DNA of 61,346 nt, filler included, from Chiloscyllium plagiosum (taxonomy: Eukaryota): NCBI RefSeq assembly GCF_004010195.1. It is 5 parts of one record of this genome, joined end to end, with 100 filler letters (N's around TTAATTAATTAA, not from the genome) between each part and the next. Parts side by side here need not be neighbours in the genome. Positions count along the whole stretch, not along the records: positions 18,204 to 34,019 come from NC_057714.1; positions 34,120 to 43,757 come from NC_057714.1; 3 more parts are not named here. One strand, written 5' to 3'. The stretch's first letter is position 1. Each line of letters starts with the position of its first letter. The notes under the pieces were generated by a model. That model was not told the DNA's origin. It did not search any database and saw only the letters and a program-made list of their open reading frames with translations. A program made the translations under genes and the position numbers. This document shows, in pieces, positions 24,901-37,569 of the stretch.

Positions 24901-25980
24901 AAGTACTGGCAGGTGGGTTGGGATATCTGGTCGGCATGGACGAGTTGGACCACAGGGTCGATTTCAGTGCTGTACATCTCTGTGACTCTATGTTTTACTA
25001 GGGGAGACTAGGACCTGAGGGCACAGCCTCAGAGTGAAGGGATGACCCTTTAGAACAGAGATAAGGAGGAATTTCGACAGCCAGAGGGTGGGGAATCTGT
25101 GGAAGACATTGCCACTGAGGGCTGTGGAGGCCAAGTCATTGAGTGTGTTTAAGATCGGTAAGGGGATCAAGCAGGCAGAAGAATGGGGTTGAGAAACATG
25201 ATTGAATAGCTGAGCAGACTCAATAGGCCAAATGGCCTCATTTTACAGCTATACATTAGAGGACATTAGCTATGTACTGGTCAATGGAAAGATTCTTGGT
25301 AGTGTGGATATGCAGAGGGATTTTGGAGTCCATGTACATAGATCCCTGAAAGTTGCCACCCTGCTGTGAAGAAGGCATACGGTGTGTTAGGTTTCATTTG
25401 TAGAGGGATTGAGTTCCGGAGCCATAATGTCATGCTGCAACTATACAAAACGCTGCACTTTAAATATTGTATAGTTCTGGTCACCCCATTACAGGGAGGA
25501 TGTGGAAGCATTGAAAAAGGTGCAGAGGAGATTTACCAGGACGTTGTCTGACCTGGAGGGAAGGTCTTATGGGGAAAGGCTGAGAGATTTGGGTCTGTTC
25601 TCATTGGAAAGAAGAAGGCTAAGAGGGATTTGATAGAGACATACAAGATGATCAGAGGATTAGACAGGGTAGACAGTGAGAGTCTTTTCCTTCGGATGAT
25701 GACGTCAGCTTGTATGGGGGGTGTAGCGATAAATTGAGGGGCGATAAATTTAAGACAGATGTCAGAGGCAGGTTCTTTACTCATAGAGTGGTAAGGGTGT
25801 GGAATGCCCTGCCTGCTAATGTAGTCAACTCAGCCACATTAGGGAGATTTAAACAATCCTTGGATAAGCACATGGATGATGATGGGATAGTGTAGGGGGA
25901 TGGGCTTAGATGAGTTCACAGGTCAGCGCAACATTGAGGGCTGAAGGGCCTGTTCTGCGCTGTATTGTTCTATGTTCTAT
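21975..25980 (+). mobile_element. Cluster of nested CR1 fragments (APE, RT, several 3' ends)
   Basis: AILDLVV, GSDHNM, DKSPRPDGLYPRVLKE, IYLDFQKAFDKV, YINDL motifs. Confidence 0.9.
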
Positions 25981-26120
25981 TATGGCATTATTGCTTCTTC
26001 ATGTTCACCCATTCTTTGGATGACTGCTCCAATGTCAGTAACATGCCTGTACATGCCTGTAAGAGAGGTACTGAACATCTCGGCAATTGTTCTGGAATGT
26101 TCCTTTCCTCCAGTACTCAC

Positions 26121-26264
26121 ATAGATCAGCCAGTTTGCATATCTCTGCCTGAGGTTGTGCAGCACAGACGCCTCGTTCAGATGGGTTAACATGGCCATAT
26201 CTTCAGCCAGACTGAACTTAGGTGGGTTCATCTCCTGAACATCCCCTTCCTTCAGAGTCACTTT
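26121..26264 (-). CDS. Myosin heavy chain coding exon 3: [48 protein letters not shown]
   Basis: 144 nt, TTAG/GTGAGT, NPPKF and [11 protein letters not shown] motifs. Confidence 0.97.
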
Positions 26265-26857
26265 CTAAGAAAGAAGTTTTGAAACAAGATACATTGGAGT
26301 TTGCACCTGGCAGCATCTTTTGTTGTACCTTTTATTGAGCAGTTCATCTTTTAAGTGTAAGATCAGTGTGAAATTGTGGAGGTCAACCATTGTAGCCCCA
26401 GGATATTTCTGCAGGAGTTCCTCAATATTTTCTTTTCATCCTGTTCAGAAATGCAATCCAGAGCTGGTGTGATTTGAACCCGGGTTAACACTAAGTGAAG
26501 AAACTTGAAAGATTAGATTAGGATACCTGGTCAGTTTCTGTTCATCTCTATGACTCTAAGTTGCTGGAAACACTCAGCAGGTCTGGCAGCATATGTGGAG
26601 AGAAATCAGAGAAAGCTCAGAACTGAGTTCTGAGGAAGGGTCACTGGACCTGAAACATTACCTCTGATTTCTCTCCACAGATGCAACCAGACTTGCTGAG
26701 TGTTTCTAGGAAGTTCTGCTTTTGCTGTGTCTGAACCCGTGCTTCCTAAGCTCAGAGGTAGGGACATTACCATCATACCAGGAAAGGCCTGCAGAGCCTG
26801 AGTGTGAGTTGACCATCCTGATACGAGGCATTCGTTACTGTGTCAAGGAGGTTGGAT

Positions 26858-27207
26858 CATAGAATCCCTACAGTGTGGAAACAGGCCATTTTGGCCCAAC
26901 AAGTCCACACTGATCCTCTGTACAGTAATCCACCCGGACCCATTCCCCTACCCTATTACTCCTCAATTACCCCTGACTCATGCACTTAACCCACACATCC
27001 CTGAACACTATGGGAACTTTAGCATCGTCAATTCACCTAACCTGCACATCTTTGCACTGTGGGAGGAAACCGGAGCACCCGGAGGAAACCCACACAGACA
27101 CGGGGAGAACATGCAAACTCCACACAGGCAGTCGCCCGAGGCTGGAATTGAACCTGGGTCCCTGGCGCTGTGAGGCAGCAGTGCTAACCACTGAGCCACC
27201 GAGCCAC
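26858..27207 (-). mobile_element. HE1-type V-SINE
   Basis: Near-complete reverse copy of 7744-8077. Confidence 0.92.
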
Positions 27208-27699
27208 CCTCTTATTACACTCCCCCCTTACCCCCCCACTTCCCTCTTCTACCAGGTGATCACTTCCCCATGTGAACCCCAGCAGAGTGGCTGGACAGGT
27301 TTAATTCAGGTCAGCATGACAAACCTGGTTCAATCCCACGGAGCAGCAGGAGCCAATCAGCAACTAGCACAATTCCGAGAATTTGCCCACCTGTCGTTTC
27401 CTCAGCACTGAGCTAAATCATTAGCACCTCGACTGGTCTGCTCCCCAGCTCACTGCACAGACCCCAATGATCAAATCCAAGAGGTTCACTTGTTTAAGAG
27501 AGAGGAGGAGAGCTTCGAAAGAGTCAATGACAGATCATAGTGCCGGGCAAGATGAAGGAACACTGGACAACAGTATGATGAAGGTGCTCAGAGAGCAGTA
27601 AATCCCAGTTGGGAAGAGAACAGTGATGTTGGACTGTTCCACTGCGGGAGGGGAGATGGGGAAGAACTGAAGAGAATTGACAGCAAGGGTTATAGACAC

Positions 27700-28140
27700 A
27701 TCGGAAACAGGAGCACGAGGAGGCCATTCGGCCCTTTGAGCCTGCTGCACCATTCAATATGGTCATGGCTGATCATCCAACTTAGTCACCACCCCCGCTC
27801 CCAGTCTCTCCCCAATACCCTTTGATCCCTTTACCCTAAGAACAGTATCGAATTTCTTCCTGAAAACATCCACTGTTTGGGCCTCCACCACTTTCTGCAG
27901 CAGAGAATTCCACAGGCTCACCACCCTCCGAGCGAAGACATTTCTCCTCATCTCAGTCCTCACTGGGACCCCTGCTTCTGGACTCCCCAGGCATTGGGAA
28001 CATCCTCTCTGAGTTTACCCTGCCTAGTCCCATTAGAATTCTATAGGTTTCTGTGACATCGCACCCCGTCCCCCTTATTCTTCTATACTCTAGTGAATAC
28101 AGTCTTGACGGATCCAGTCTCTCTTCATACATCAATTCCA
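27700..28140 (-). mobile_element. CR1 3' fragment
   Basis: RRNVFARRVVSLWNSL motif. Confidence 0.8.
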
Positions 28141-28452
28141 GGGATAATTGCCTATTTTTGTTCACATTTTAATTCTAAATATATGATGTTGTTAGACCAG
28201 GGGTTAACGGAGAGCAGGAGTAATGTATGATCTGGATTTAGTAATAGGGAAGGTGGGATACACCTGTTTCTTTGTTCCTGGGATTTGCATGTCATTGAGG
28301 TTAGCAATTATTGAGAAGGCAGAAGTCAAGTTGTTGAAATGTGAGAGCAAGGAACGTTTGACTAGACTCATACCTTGCTCTGCTGGACTTAAAACAGAAT
28401 AAAGCACATTTTAAAAATACGATTGATTAAAACACACAGGAGGACCACTCAC

Positions 28453-28556
28453 TTGTCCAGCAACCGTCTCCGCAATGATTTTCCCACTGTTACGTTCCTT
28501 TATTTCCGCTTCAATATAAACTTCTTTCTTGTCAGGGACCCAGACTTTCTTCTTAC
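28453..28556 (-). CDS. Myosin heavy chain coding exon 2: (G)KKKVWVPDKKEVYIEAEIKERNSGKIIAETVAGQ, SH3-like domain
   Basis: 104 nt, AAAG acceptor, GTGAGT donor, phase matches neighbours, WVPD motif. Confidence 0.93.
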
Positions 28557-29074
28557 CTTTTAAACAAGAAAATGTTTACAGAATACCTTGCTTAACTCCA
28601 GGAGTAATGCGTGTCCAGGACTGTCTGATAGAGACAATGAGTTGGACAGAGTCAGTCTGTCCAGTGCATGTTCAGAATACCACAGGAGATTGGGAAACAG
28701 AAAGGTGTCTCTCTGAGGCTAAATTCAGCTGTGTCAAAGGGTAGGGTTCAAGGGTCAGTGTCTGGCCTCTGAGTGAGGAGGCTCTGGCCCCACTCCAGAT
28801 GTTGGAGTTTATCATCTAAGGTGGCATTCGCAATATTTTCCAAATCGGAAACTCAGCCAAGACGTCAGCTATCCCCAGGAAGATGGAAAAGAGATCTCCA
28901 TGTCTGACTGAAGGAGGGACAGCGATATATCCTGAGCTATATTCCATCACTTGATCAATATCACTAAAACATCCAGCTTGTTTCTTTTAAGGTAAAACAG
29001 CTGTATGTCAGATCCTGTGTGAGAATCACTACCTCATTCCTCTGCATTGCAGCAACGAGTTTATTTTAAATTGC

Positions 29075-29670
29075 TGATGGGATGTCAGTTTCACTGGCAA
29101 AGCCAGCATTTGTGCTTGACTGGTGAACCGGTGCAGTCCCTATGGTACAGATACACACACAACATATGGTGTAGGCAGGAGGGGACCAGGATGTTGACCC
29201 AGAGACACTGCAATATATTTCCAGGTCAGGATGGTGAGTGGCTTGGAGAGGAACTTGCAGGGGGTAGTATTTCCCATGTATCTGCTGCCCTCGTCCTTCT
29301 GGATGGAAGTGGTCATGGGTTTGGAAGGTCCTGGGTGAATTTCTGTAGTGCATCTTGTAGACAGTACACACTGCTGCTTAACTGTGTGTTGGTGGTGGAG
29401 AGAGTGGATGCTTGTGGTTGTGCTGCTTTGTCCTGGATGGTGTTGAGCTTCTTGAGTGTTGTTGGAGCTGCCCCCATCCAGGGCAAGTGGGGAGTATTCC
29501 ATCACACTCCTGACTTGAAGCCTTGTAGATGGTGGACAGGCTTTGGGGAGTCAGGAGGTGAGTTACTTGCCACAGTATTCCTAGCCGCTGACCTGCTGTT
29601 GTAGTCTCTGTGTTTACGTGGTGAGTCCAGTTGAGTTTCTGGTCAATGGTAACCCCCAGGATGTTGATGT
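29075..29670 (-). mobile_element. LINE (L2/CR1 group) RT 3' fragment
   Basis: ILGVTIDQKLNWTHHVN..AGQRLGIL..LSTIYKA. Confidence 0.8.
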
Positions 29671-29837
29671 TTGTCTTGAATTTTAAAACAATCATTTGGC
29701 TGTCAGACATTTTAGGACATTTTGAGGTTGTTGTACAAATGTAGGTCTAACCCAGACGACTTTATTGAAAAGCGATTACTGGCAATGATGAGGAAGCATC
29801 TTCTTGACACTGCACCCTAACTGGACAAAGAGCTTAC

Positions 29838-29937
29838 CGTCAAACGGAACATTCTGGATAGCCTTCAGCTGTTGTGGGTTCTTCCTGAGGTAAGGAGCAG
29901 CTTCACCATAGGCTGCCAAATCATCCACCTTGTCCAT
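29838..29937 (-). CDS. Sarcomeric myosin heavy chain (MYH7B/MYH15-like), coding exon 1: MDKVDDLAAYGEAAPYLRKNPQQLKAIQNVPFD(G)
   Basis: ATG at 29937 in AAAATGG context; GEAAPYLRK myosin N-terminal motif; donor G|GTAAGC; upstream pyrimidine-rich acceptor (exon likely starts at 29968). An intron after PFD-G is typical of MYH7B/MYH15 rather than MYH6/7 or fast genes. Confidence 0.93.
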
Positions 29938-30099
29938 TTTGTAAGAGCAGAGAGAGTTGTGGAATTCTCTGTGAAAGAAGAGGGAATAAACAATAATGTG
30001 CCGTCAAAACATTTAAAATACTGCTAGACATGCACATGGATAGCAGTGAATTGAGGGGTCCATAAGTTAAGTTAATTTATTTTATATTAGGATTAATCC

Positions 30100-31055
30100 T
30101 TGGCGAGCATAAGAGGTACAGTTAGTAAGTTTGCAGATGACACCAAAATTGGAGGTGTAGTGAACAGCGAAGAGGGTTACCTCAGATTAGAACAGGATCT
30201 GGACCAGATGGGCCAATGGGCTGAGAAGTGGCAGATGGAGTTTAATTCAGATAAACGCGAGGTGCTGCATTTTGGGAAAGCAAATCTTAGCAGGACTTAT
30301 ACACTTAATGGTAAGGTCCTAGGGAGTGTTGCTGAACAAAGAGACCTTGGAGTGCAGGTTCATAGCTCCTTGAAAGTGGAGTCACAGGTAGATAGGATAG
30401 TGAAGGCGGCGTTTAGTATGCTTTCCTTTATTGGTCAGAGTATTGAGTACAGGGGTTGGGAGGTCATGTTGCAGCTGTACAGGACATTGGTAGGACACTG
30501 TTGGAATATTGCATGCAATTCTGGTCTCCTTCCTATCGGAAAGATGTTGTGAAACTTGAAACGGTTCAGAAAAGATTTACAAGGATGTTGCCAGGGTTGG
30601 AGGTTCTGAGCTACAGGGAGAGGCTGGACAGGCTGGGGCTTTTTTCCCTGGAGCGTTGGAGGCTGAGGGGTGACCTTATAGAGGTTTACAAAATTATGAG
30701 GGGCATGGATGGGATAAATAGGCAAAGTTTTTTCCCTGGGGTCAGGGAGTCCAGAACTAGAGGGCATAGGTTTAGGGTGAGAGGGGAAAGATATAAAAGA
30801 GACCTACGAGGCAACTTTTTCACGCAGAGGGTGGTACGTGTATGGAATGAGCTGCCAGAGGAAGTGGTGGAGTCTGGTACAATTGCAACATTTAAAAGGC
30901 ATTTGGATGGGTATGTGAATAGAAAGGTTTTGGAGGGATATGGACCGGGTGCTGGCAGGTGGGACTAGATTGGGTTGGGATATCTGGTCGGCGTGGATGG
31001 GTTAGACTGAAGGGTCTGTTTCCATGCTGTACATCTCTACGACTCTATGACTCTA
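30100..31055 (+). mobile_element. Young CR1 3' fragment
   Basis: SKFADDTKIGG catalytic motif, nearly intact frame, (GACTCTAT)n tail. Confidence 0.95.
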
Positions 31056-32137
31056 ACATCTAACAGGGCCTGTTATGTGCTGTACTTTTCTATGTTCTAT
31101 GTTCTAAAACCTGGTCTTATACTCGTTGTGAACACCATGAGTGGGACTGTGAGCTGAAATTTCCTCAGCTTCTGATAGATATCTTAAGAGTAGTAAGTCA
31201 GGTAGTTGATGTATTGGTTTCAATTTTCCAAAACTCATTAGATTTAAGGAATGTTCCTTTATATTGAAAAATAATGATTGCAACCCCTTTATTCAAAAAA
31301 AGCAGGGAAATAGAAAGCATGAAACTACCGACCAGAGAGTTTAACATCTGTCAGAGAGAAAATAGGCACATAGGAAACAGAGTAGGCCTGTTCTGTCATT
31401 CAATGAGATCTTGGCTGATCTGTAGCCTAATTGGCTGTACATCGCCTTCACCCCTATCCCTTAATACATTGGCTTAACAAAAATTCATCTACCTCAAATT
31501 TAAAGTTAACAACAAAATACTTGAAGATATTATTAAAGATGTTATAGAAGGATAAGTTCAAGATAATTGAGCACAGCCAACCTAATTTTATTACAGGGAA
31601 ACCATGTTTAACTAATTGTTTGGCATTCTTTGTCAAAGTAACTTGTGCTATAGACATAGGGGAACCAATGGATATGTTGTATTTTCAGAAGGCATTTGAT
31701 AAGGCACTACATCAAACGAAATAGTGGAAATTAAAAGCTCATGGTGTCGGGGGTAAGATATTGTCAAGGATAGAAGATTGGCTGGCAAACAGGAAATCCT
31801 GAAATTAAGATCAATTGAGACCAGTGGAAATTTTAAATTGTGTCTAATTTGATTCTAAGTATGAGATGGGTGGCGGTGACCAATATTACTAAAAAAGACA
31901 ATAAGCTGCAGGAACAAAGGGAGGCCATTCAGCCCATCGAGTCCGCTCCACCATTCAGTGAGATCATAGCTTTACCTTTCTTCTGAATTGAAATTAATGG
32001 TAATTGAGAAACAGTGTAATGTGATTCAGATTCACTGATCTGACTGCATCCTACACTGTAAAACTGAGGTCTAATGTACCCATTTCTCAGTGAGCACACT
32101 GTCATCACAGACACTGAGAGAAAGGAGTGAGTCATAC

Positions 32138-32204
32138 CATCCTGTCAACCTGACAGACGCTGGCAGCTCATTCACAGCTGGTACTGTGCCAACCCCACTT
32201 TATA
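32138..32204 (-). promoter_or_regulatory. Candidate TATA box and short non-coding first exon of the myosin gene
   Basis: TATAAAG on minus at 32204-32198, E-box CAGCTG at 32175-32180, donor-like G|GTATGA at 32137, in a non-repetitive stretch 2.2 kb upstream of the ATG exon. Confidence 0.3.
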
Positions 32205-34119
32205 CAATATTCCAGAGCAGCTAAAGTGTACTCGTATTATTTGACAGCCCTGTATTTGAAGACTAGTTAGGTGACAGAAATGCTATAGGATCCTGCCATT
32301 GTTCTAGTCAGGCCTTCCAATGGCTGTCAAGACTGTAATCTCTAATCTCCCACGGAAGCAGACGTACTTATGAGTCAGGAGAATGCTCAGTGTGAGGTAG
32401 CAGTGGCTGACTAGAGTTGAGTGTGTGGTGCTGGAAAAGAGGGATGGTATCGATTATAACACATTGTCATTGGGTATAACTCACACATACTGTAACTGGG
32501 TATAAAATGTACAAAACACCTGGGCTAGTAAGTGGCATGTAACAATCATGCCACACAAGTGCCAGACAATGACCCACTATAATGAGCCCAGCCTATCGTA
32601 ATACTAAACAGATTCTAGAAGGAAACCTGGCTTGATAGATCATAATTAACTTCTGCAGTTGGTTACGTTGGTAGTTGGTCATTGAAACATATTCACACGA
32701 GGCTGCTAATGTCCTTTGGTAAGAGAATATAAGTTTGTTACACAAAAGAAATAAACAAATAAAGGTTAGAAGATTCACAGCACAAACATTAAAAAAAAAT
32801 TGTCATCAGTATTCTTTCATAGATGCTCAATTCCAGAGAAATATCATTCTTTCGCAATTCTTGCAAGCTTTACTCAACTGGTTCTGTCCAGTTTCTTTCC
32901 CTTAGACCACTGGGACTATTTTTTTAAAAGATTCCTTTCTAAATTTACTGACATGAATCAGTTCTGGTGGCATAAACTTTTTCAGTTTAAACAGCTTTCA
33001 GCTAAACAATCCTGACTTGGAAACTCCACAGACTATAAACTACTTATGTCGATGTGATTAGTTCTCTGAACAAACTTTATTCCCCTCCAGAGGCAAAGTC
33101 TTCTAACTTCTGAATTAAAACCTGTATATTTGCTCTGAAGTCAAACTAAACTAATTGTCATTTTCTGTTTACTCTGCCTGTCATAATCCCAACAGTATAA
33201 ACATTTTATCCATCAACGCTGTAGGGTCCGCTAGGTAATTAGTTGAATATGTTTGTCTTTTTAGAAATGATGTGGAGGAATAGAAATGGGGATAGGGCAC
33301 AGGGAATATCAGTGTGAATTTCTGTGCCAGCTCACCTTGTATTTTCATCCATTCAGAGGATGTGATCACCACTGGTCAGGCTGGAATTTTATTGGCCATC
33401 CATTCACATTTCTCTCTTTCAGATACATCATCGAACTCAGTCATACTACAATCACTATCCAGGCACTGTTCGGGTATTCACTAACTCAGAATCACAGAAT
33501 TGTTATGGGACCAGAAGGAGGCCATTTGTCCCATCGTGTTTGCACCAGCTCTTCAAACGATCACAGTGACCTCATGCCAATCTCCTGCCTTTTCCTCATA
33601 GCCCGACACATTATTTCTGTTCAAATATTCACCCAGACCCAGTGAGCAAATTCATGACTCTTCTTGATATGAGCTAGTGTGCTTATCTCATAGTCTTTGT
33701 AAGCTAAGCACTCTCCATTAAAACCCCTCTGCTGTTGCTTGTTTTGTCTCTGCATTTTTACAACCTACCACCTCCCAGCTGTTACCAGAAGCTGATACAC
33801 AGCCTCTGCTCCAGTCTTAAATAACTCTCTAGACTTCACTTCTACCTATAAAGTGCTGACCTTATATCTCTCTTCTCATTGAGGAGTTTTTTATCCTGAA
33901 CAGAAATTTCTGGAGAAACCACAACCCCCTCCCACACTCCCACCCACACCACTCCCTCCCTCACACCCACAACCCCATTCCCACACTCCTACCCACACCA
34001 CTCCCCTGCCTCACACCCANNNNNNNNNNNNNNNNNNNNNNNNNNNNNNNNNNNNNNNNNNNNTTAATTAATTAANNNNNNNNNNNNNNNNNNNNNNNNN
34101 NNNNNNNNNNNNNNNNNNN

Positions 34120-35160
34120 TCTTGTACACACTTAACAAATTCCTCTCCATCTAAACCCTTAACACTATGGCAATCCCAGTCTATGTTTGGAAAGTTAAAA
34201 TCCCCAACCATAACCACCCTATTATTCTTACAGATAGCTGAGATCTCCTTACAAGTTTGTTTCTCAATTTCCCTCTGTCTATTAGGGGGTCTATAATACA
34301 ATCCCAATAAGGTGATCATCCCTTTCTTATTTTTCAGTTCCACCAAAATAACTTCCCTGAATGTGTTTCTGGGAATATCCTCCCTCAGCACAGCTGTAAT
34401 GCTATCCCTTGTCAAAAACGCCATTCCCCCTCCTCTCTTGCCTCCCTTTCTATCCTTCCTGAAGCATTTGTATCCTGGAACATTAAGCTGCCAGTCCTGC
34501 CCATCCCTGAGCTATGTTCCTGTAATTGTTATGATATCCCAGTCCCATGTTCCTAACCATGCCCTGAGTTCATCTGCCTTCCCTGTTAGGCCCCTTGCAT
34601 TGAAATAAATGCAGTTTAATTTATTAGTCCTACCTTGTCCCTGCCTGCCCTGTCTGTTTGACTCACATCTGTTCTCAACTGTACCAGTCTCAGATCGATC
34701 TCTTTCCTCACTATCTCCCTGGGTCCCACCGCCCCCCACCTTACTATTTTAAATCCTCCTGAGCAACTCTATCAAATTTCCCTGCCATTATATTGATCCC
34801 CTTCTAATTTAGGTGCAATCCGTCCTTCTTGTGCAGGTCACTTCTACTCCAAAAGAGATTCCAAAGGTCCAAAAATGTGAATCCTTCTCCCATACACCAG
34901 CTCCTCAGCCATGCGTTCATTTGCTCTATCCTCCTATTCCTGCCCTCACTAGCTCGTAGCACTGGGAGTAATCCAGATATTACTATTCTCGAGGACTTCC
35001 TTTTTAAATTCCTGCCTAACTCTCTGTAATCTCTGTTCAGAATCTCAACCTTTTCCCTTCCTATGTCGTTGGTTCCAATGTGGACAATGACTTCTTGCTG
35101 GCCACTCTCCCCCTTGAGAACATTCTGCACCCTATCTGAAACATCCTTGATCCTGGCACC
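34120..35160 (-). mobile_element. CR1 5' fragment (esterase and AP endonuclease)
   Basis: VHIGTNDIG, DGLHLN, CIYFNARGL, YYRPPN, VGDFNFPNIDW. Confidence 0.92.
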
Positions 35161-35484
35161 AGCTTCACGAGAAAGATCTCAGGAATGAAAGTCTTAACAT
35201 ATAAGGAACACTTGAGGACTCTGGGCCTATGCTCTCTGGAGTTTAGAAGGATATGGGAGGGGATCTGATTGAAGCTTTCAGAATACTGGACAGAGTGGAT
35301 GTTGGGAAGATGCTTCCATTGGCATGAGAGATGAGGACCCAAGGACACAGTCTTAGAGTAAAGGGAAGACCTTTTAGAACGGAGATAAGGAGAAACTTCT
35401 TTAGCCAGAGAGTAGTGAATCTATGGAATTAATTGCAGCAGAAGGCTATGGAGGCCAGGTCATTGAGTATATTTAGATTCGAGA

Positions 35485-35797
35485 TTAGATTAGATTCCCT
35501 ACAGTGTGGAATCAGGCCCCTCGGTCCAACAAGTCCACACCGACCCTCCGAAGAATAACCCACCTAGTCCCATTTCCCTCTGGCTAATGCACCTAATACT
35601 ACGGGCAATTTAGCATGGCCAATTCACCTGACCTGCATATCTTTGGACTGTGGGAGGAAACCAGAGCACCCAGAGGAAACCCACGCAGACACGGGGTGAA
35701 TGTGCAAACTCCACACAGTCAGTCGCCCGAGGCTGGAATCGAAGCTGGGACCCTGGTGCCGTGAGGCAGCAGTGCAAACCACTGAGCCACCGTGCCG
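35485..35797 (-). mobile_element. HE1-type V-SINE nested in a CR1 3' end (35165-35965, +)
   Basis: V-domain and tRNA head on minus strand. Confidence 0.9.
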
Positions 35798-37569
35798 TCC
35801 AATTAAAACAGAGATAGATAAGTTCTTAATTGCCAAGGGGATCAAAGGTTATGGGGAGAAAGCGGAAAAATGGGGTTGGAAAACCTATCAGCCATGATTG
35901 AATGGTGGAGCGGACTTGATCAGCCAAATGGCGTAATTTCTGCTCCTATGTCTCATGGTCTTATGGCCTTATGATTCTATGTTATTTTTCCAATTGACCC
36001 ACAATTATGTTTATTATAAGTTTGGTTGGTAGATCATGGAGGTGGTACTCAGACAGAATGCTAAGGTTTGCAGTGAAGGAGACCAGTGCAATTTGGTGCA
36101 CTTGAAGTCTAAATAATAAAATAATAAAACATTGTTGTTCTAACACATGGCATCACATCACTAATCATGCGCAGTTGTCCTCAAAGTTATGCAGACACAA
36201 CTTGCTCGGAAAATGGTGCATTCCTCCAGCCTGAGTTTTAACAAATTGTGCAGGTAAGCAAACTAAATATGATGCATTTTCCTCAGGCTAGTGTAATGCA
36301 TGTAGTGTTTGAGCAAAGTGGATTTGTAATCTTTGGCTGGATTTTAGTGACAAAGCTGCAGGTTCAGGCAGTGGTATTGGAAGAAAGTGGTGTTTCCACA
36401 CAATCATTCAGTATGTAATTTCATGACAGCTGTCCAGTTAATTCTGTGAGGCATGATGGCTTCCAGCTGAAGACCAGAAATAGAAAGCAATCCAGCTAAG
36501 TTGGTATCAGCTGATGCCATGAAAATACTTTGCTTGTCTGTTGCTGTCAATTTACTGTATTCTGCTTGATTGTGCCCTCCAAACTACAATGTTTTGTTGA
36601 ACTGCCACTTTCATCTATTTACAGTCTGACTGCTGCTTTCTAACTGCAATGTTTTGTCTAACTGCTGCCACCAAATTGCATTGTTTTCCTTGAAAGTTGT
36701 CTGTAAACTTCAGCACTCTGATTGATTGCCACCTCCAAACTCCAGTACCCTGCTTGCCTGTTCACTCCAAACTACAGTGTTCTGCCTCTTTTCCATTTGT
36801 CATGAGATGTTGACTTCTCTGTCTAGGCCAGTATTTATTCCCTATCTCTAATTGCTGCAACCCCTGGGATATGGGGGCAGCCACAGTTCTATTTGGGAGG
36901 GATTTTTGACCCAGCAACACTGAAGGAATTGGAGTAAATAATTACAAGTCACCAATGTGTGTGCCTTGCAGGTGTTGGTGTTCCCATATAGATGCTATTG
37001 TTGCCCTCCTAGGAGGTGGAAGTTGTGGTTTCAGAAATGGAAATGCTGCCCCCAGAGTAGAGCACAGTTCTTCACTGTTACTTTTAATTTTCACAATTCT
37101 CCTGTAATGTACTATTGTTTGGAAACTTGAATTCTAAAGTGAAACAATGATGTATCGTTCTCTGTTTGATACATATTTCTATGTTGTATGAAATGGCAAG
37201 GGTGGTAATTTATAAGGCCCCAAATGACGTGGGTGATGGTAAGAAAGCTGGAAGCATCATGTGAGAAAACCTTTCTCCATGTCAGGGCCTGGATTAAGTT
37301 CAGTTTGAGCAGGATTGGCAGATAGAGCGGCAGAGGAGGGGATGAATAGCAGGACAAGAAGAGAAGTGAATGGTGGGAAAGGGAGAGGAGTGAACTGGGA
37401 GGGTGAATCAGACAGGTGGAGAGGGAGAGGAGTGAAGCTGGGGGTGAACGGTGGGAGAGGGAGAGGAATGAACCTGGGGGTGAACAGCAAGAACTAGAGA
37501 TGAGTGAATCTGAGGTGAATAGAAGATGAATCCAGAGGCAGAGCTTCTGAGGTGAAATCATGATTCAAA

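Noticed and set aside
109..29968. miR-499 hairpin expected in MYH7B
   Set aside because: Not seen; its host intron would lie downstream, outside the window
31977..31983. 7-nt micro-exon (TTCAG|AAGAAAG|GTAAAG) on the minus strand
   Set aside because: Motif too short to distinguish from chance and abuts a CR1 tail
37300..37560. Ser/Leu/Pro-rich ORF 37112-37561
   Set aside because: Arises from purine-rich low-complexity sequence
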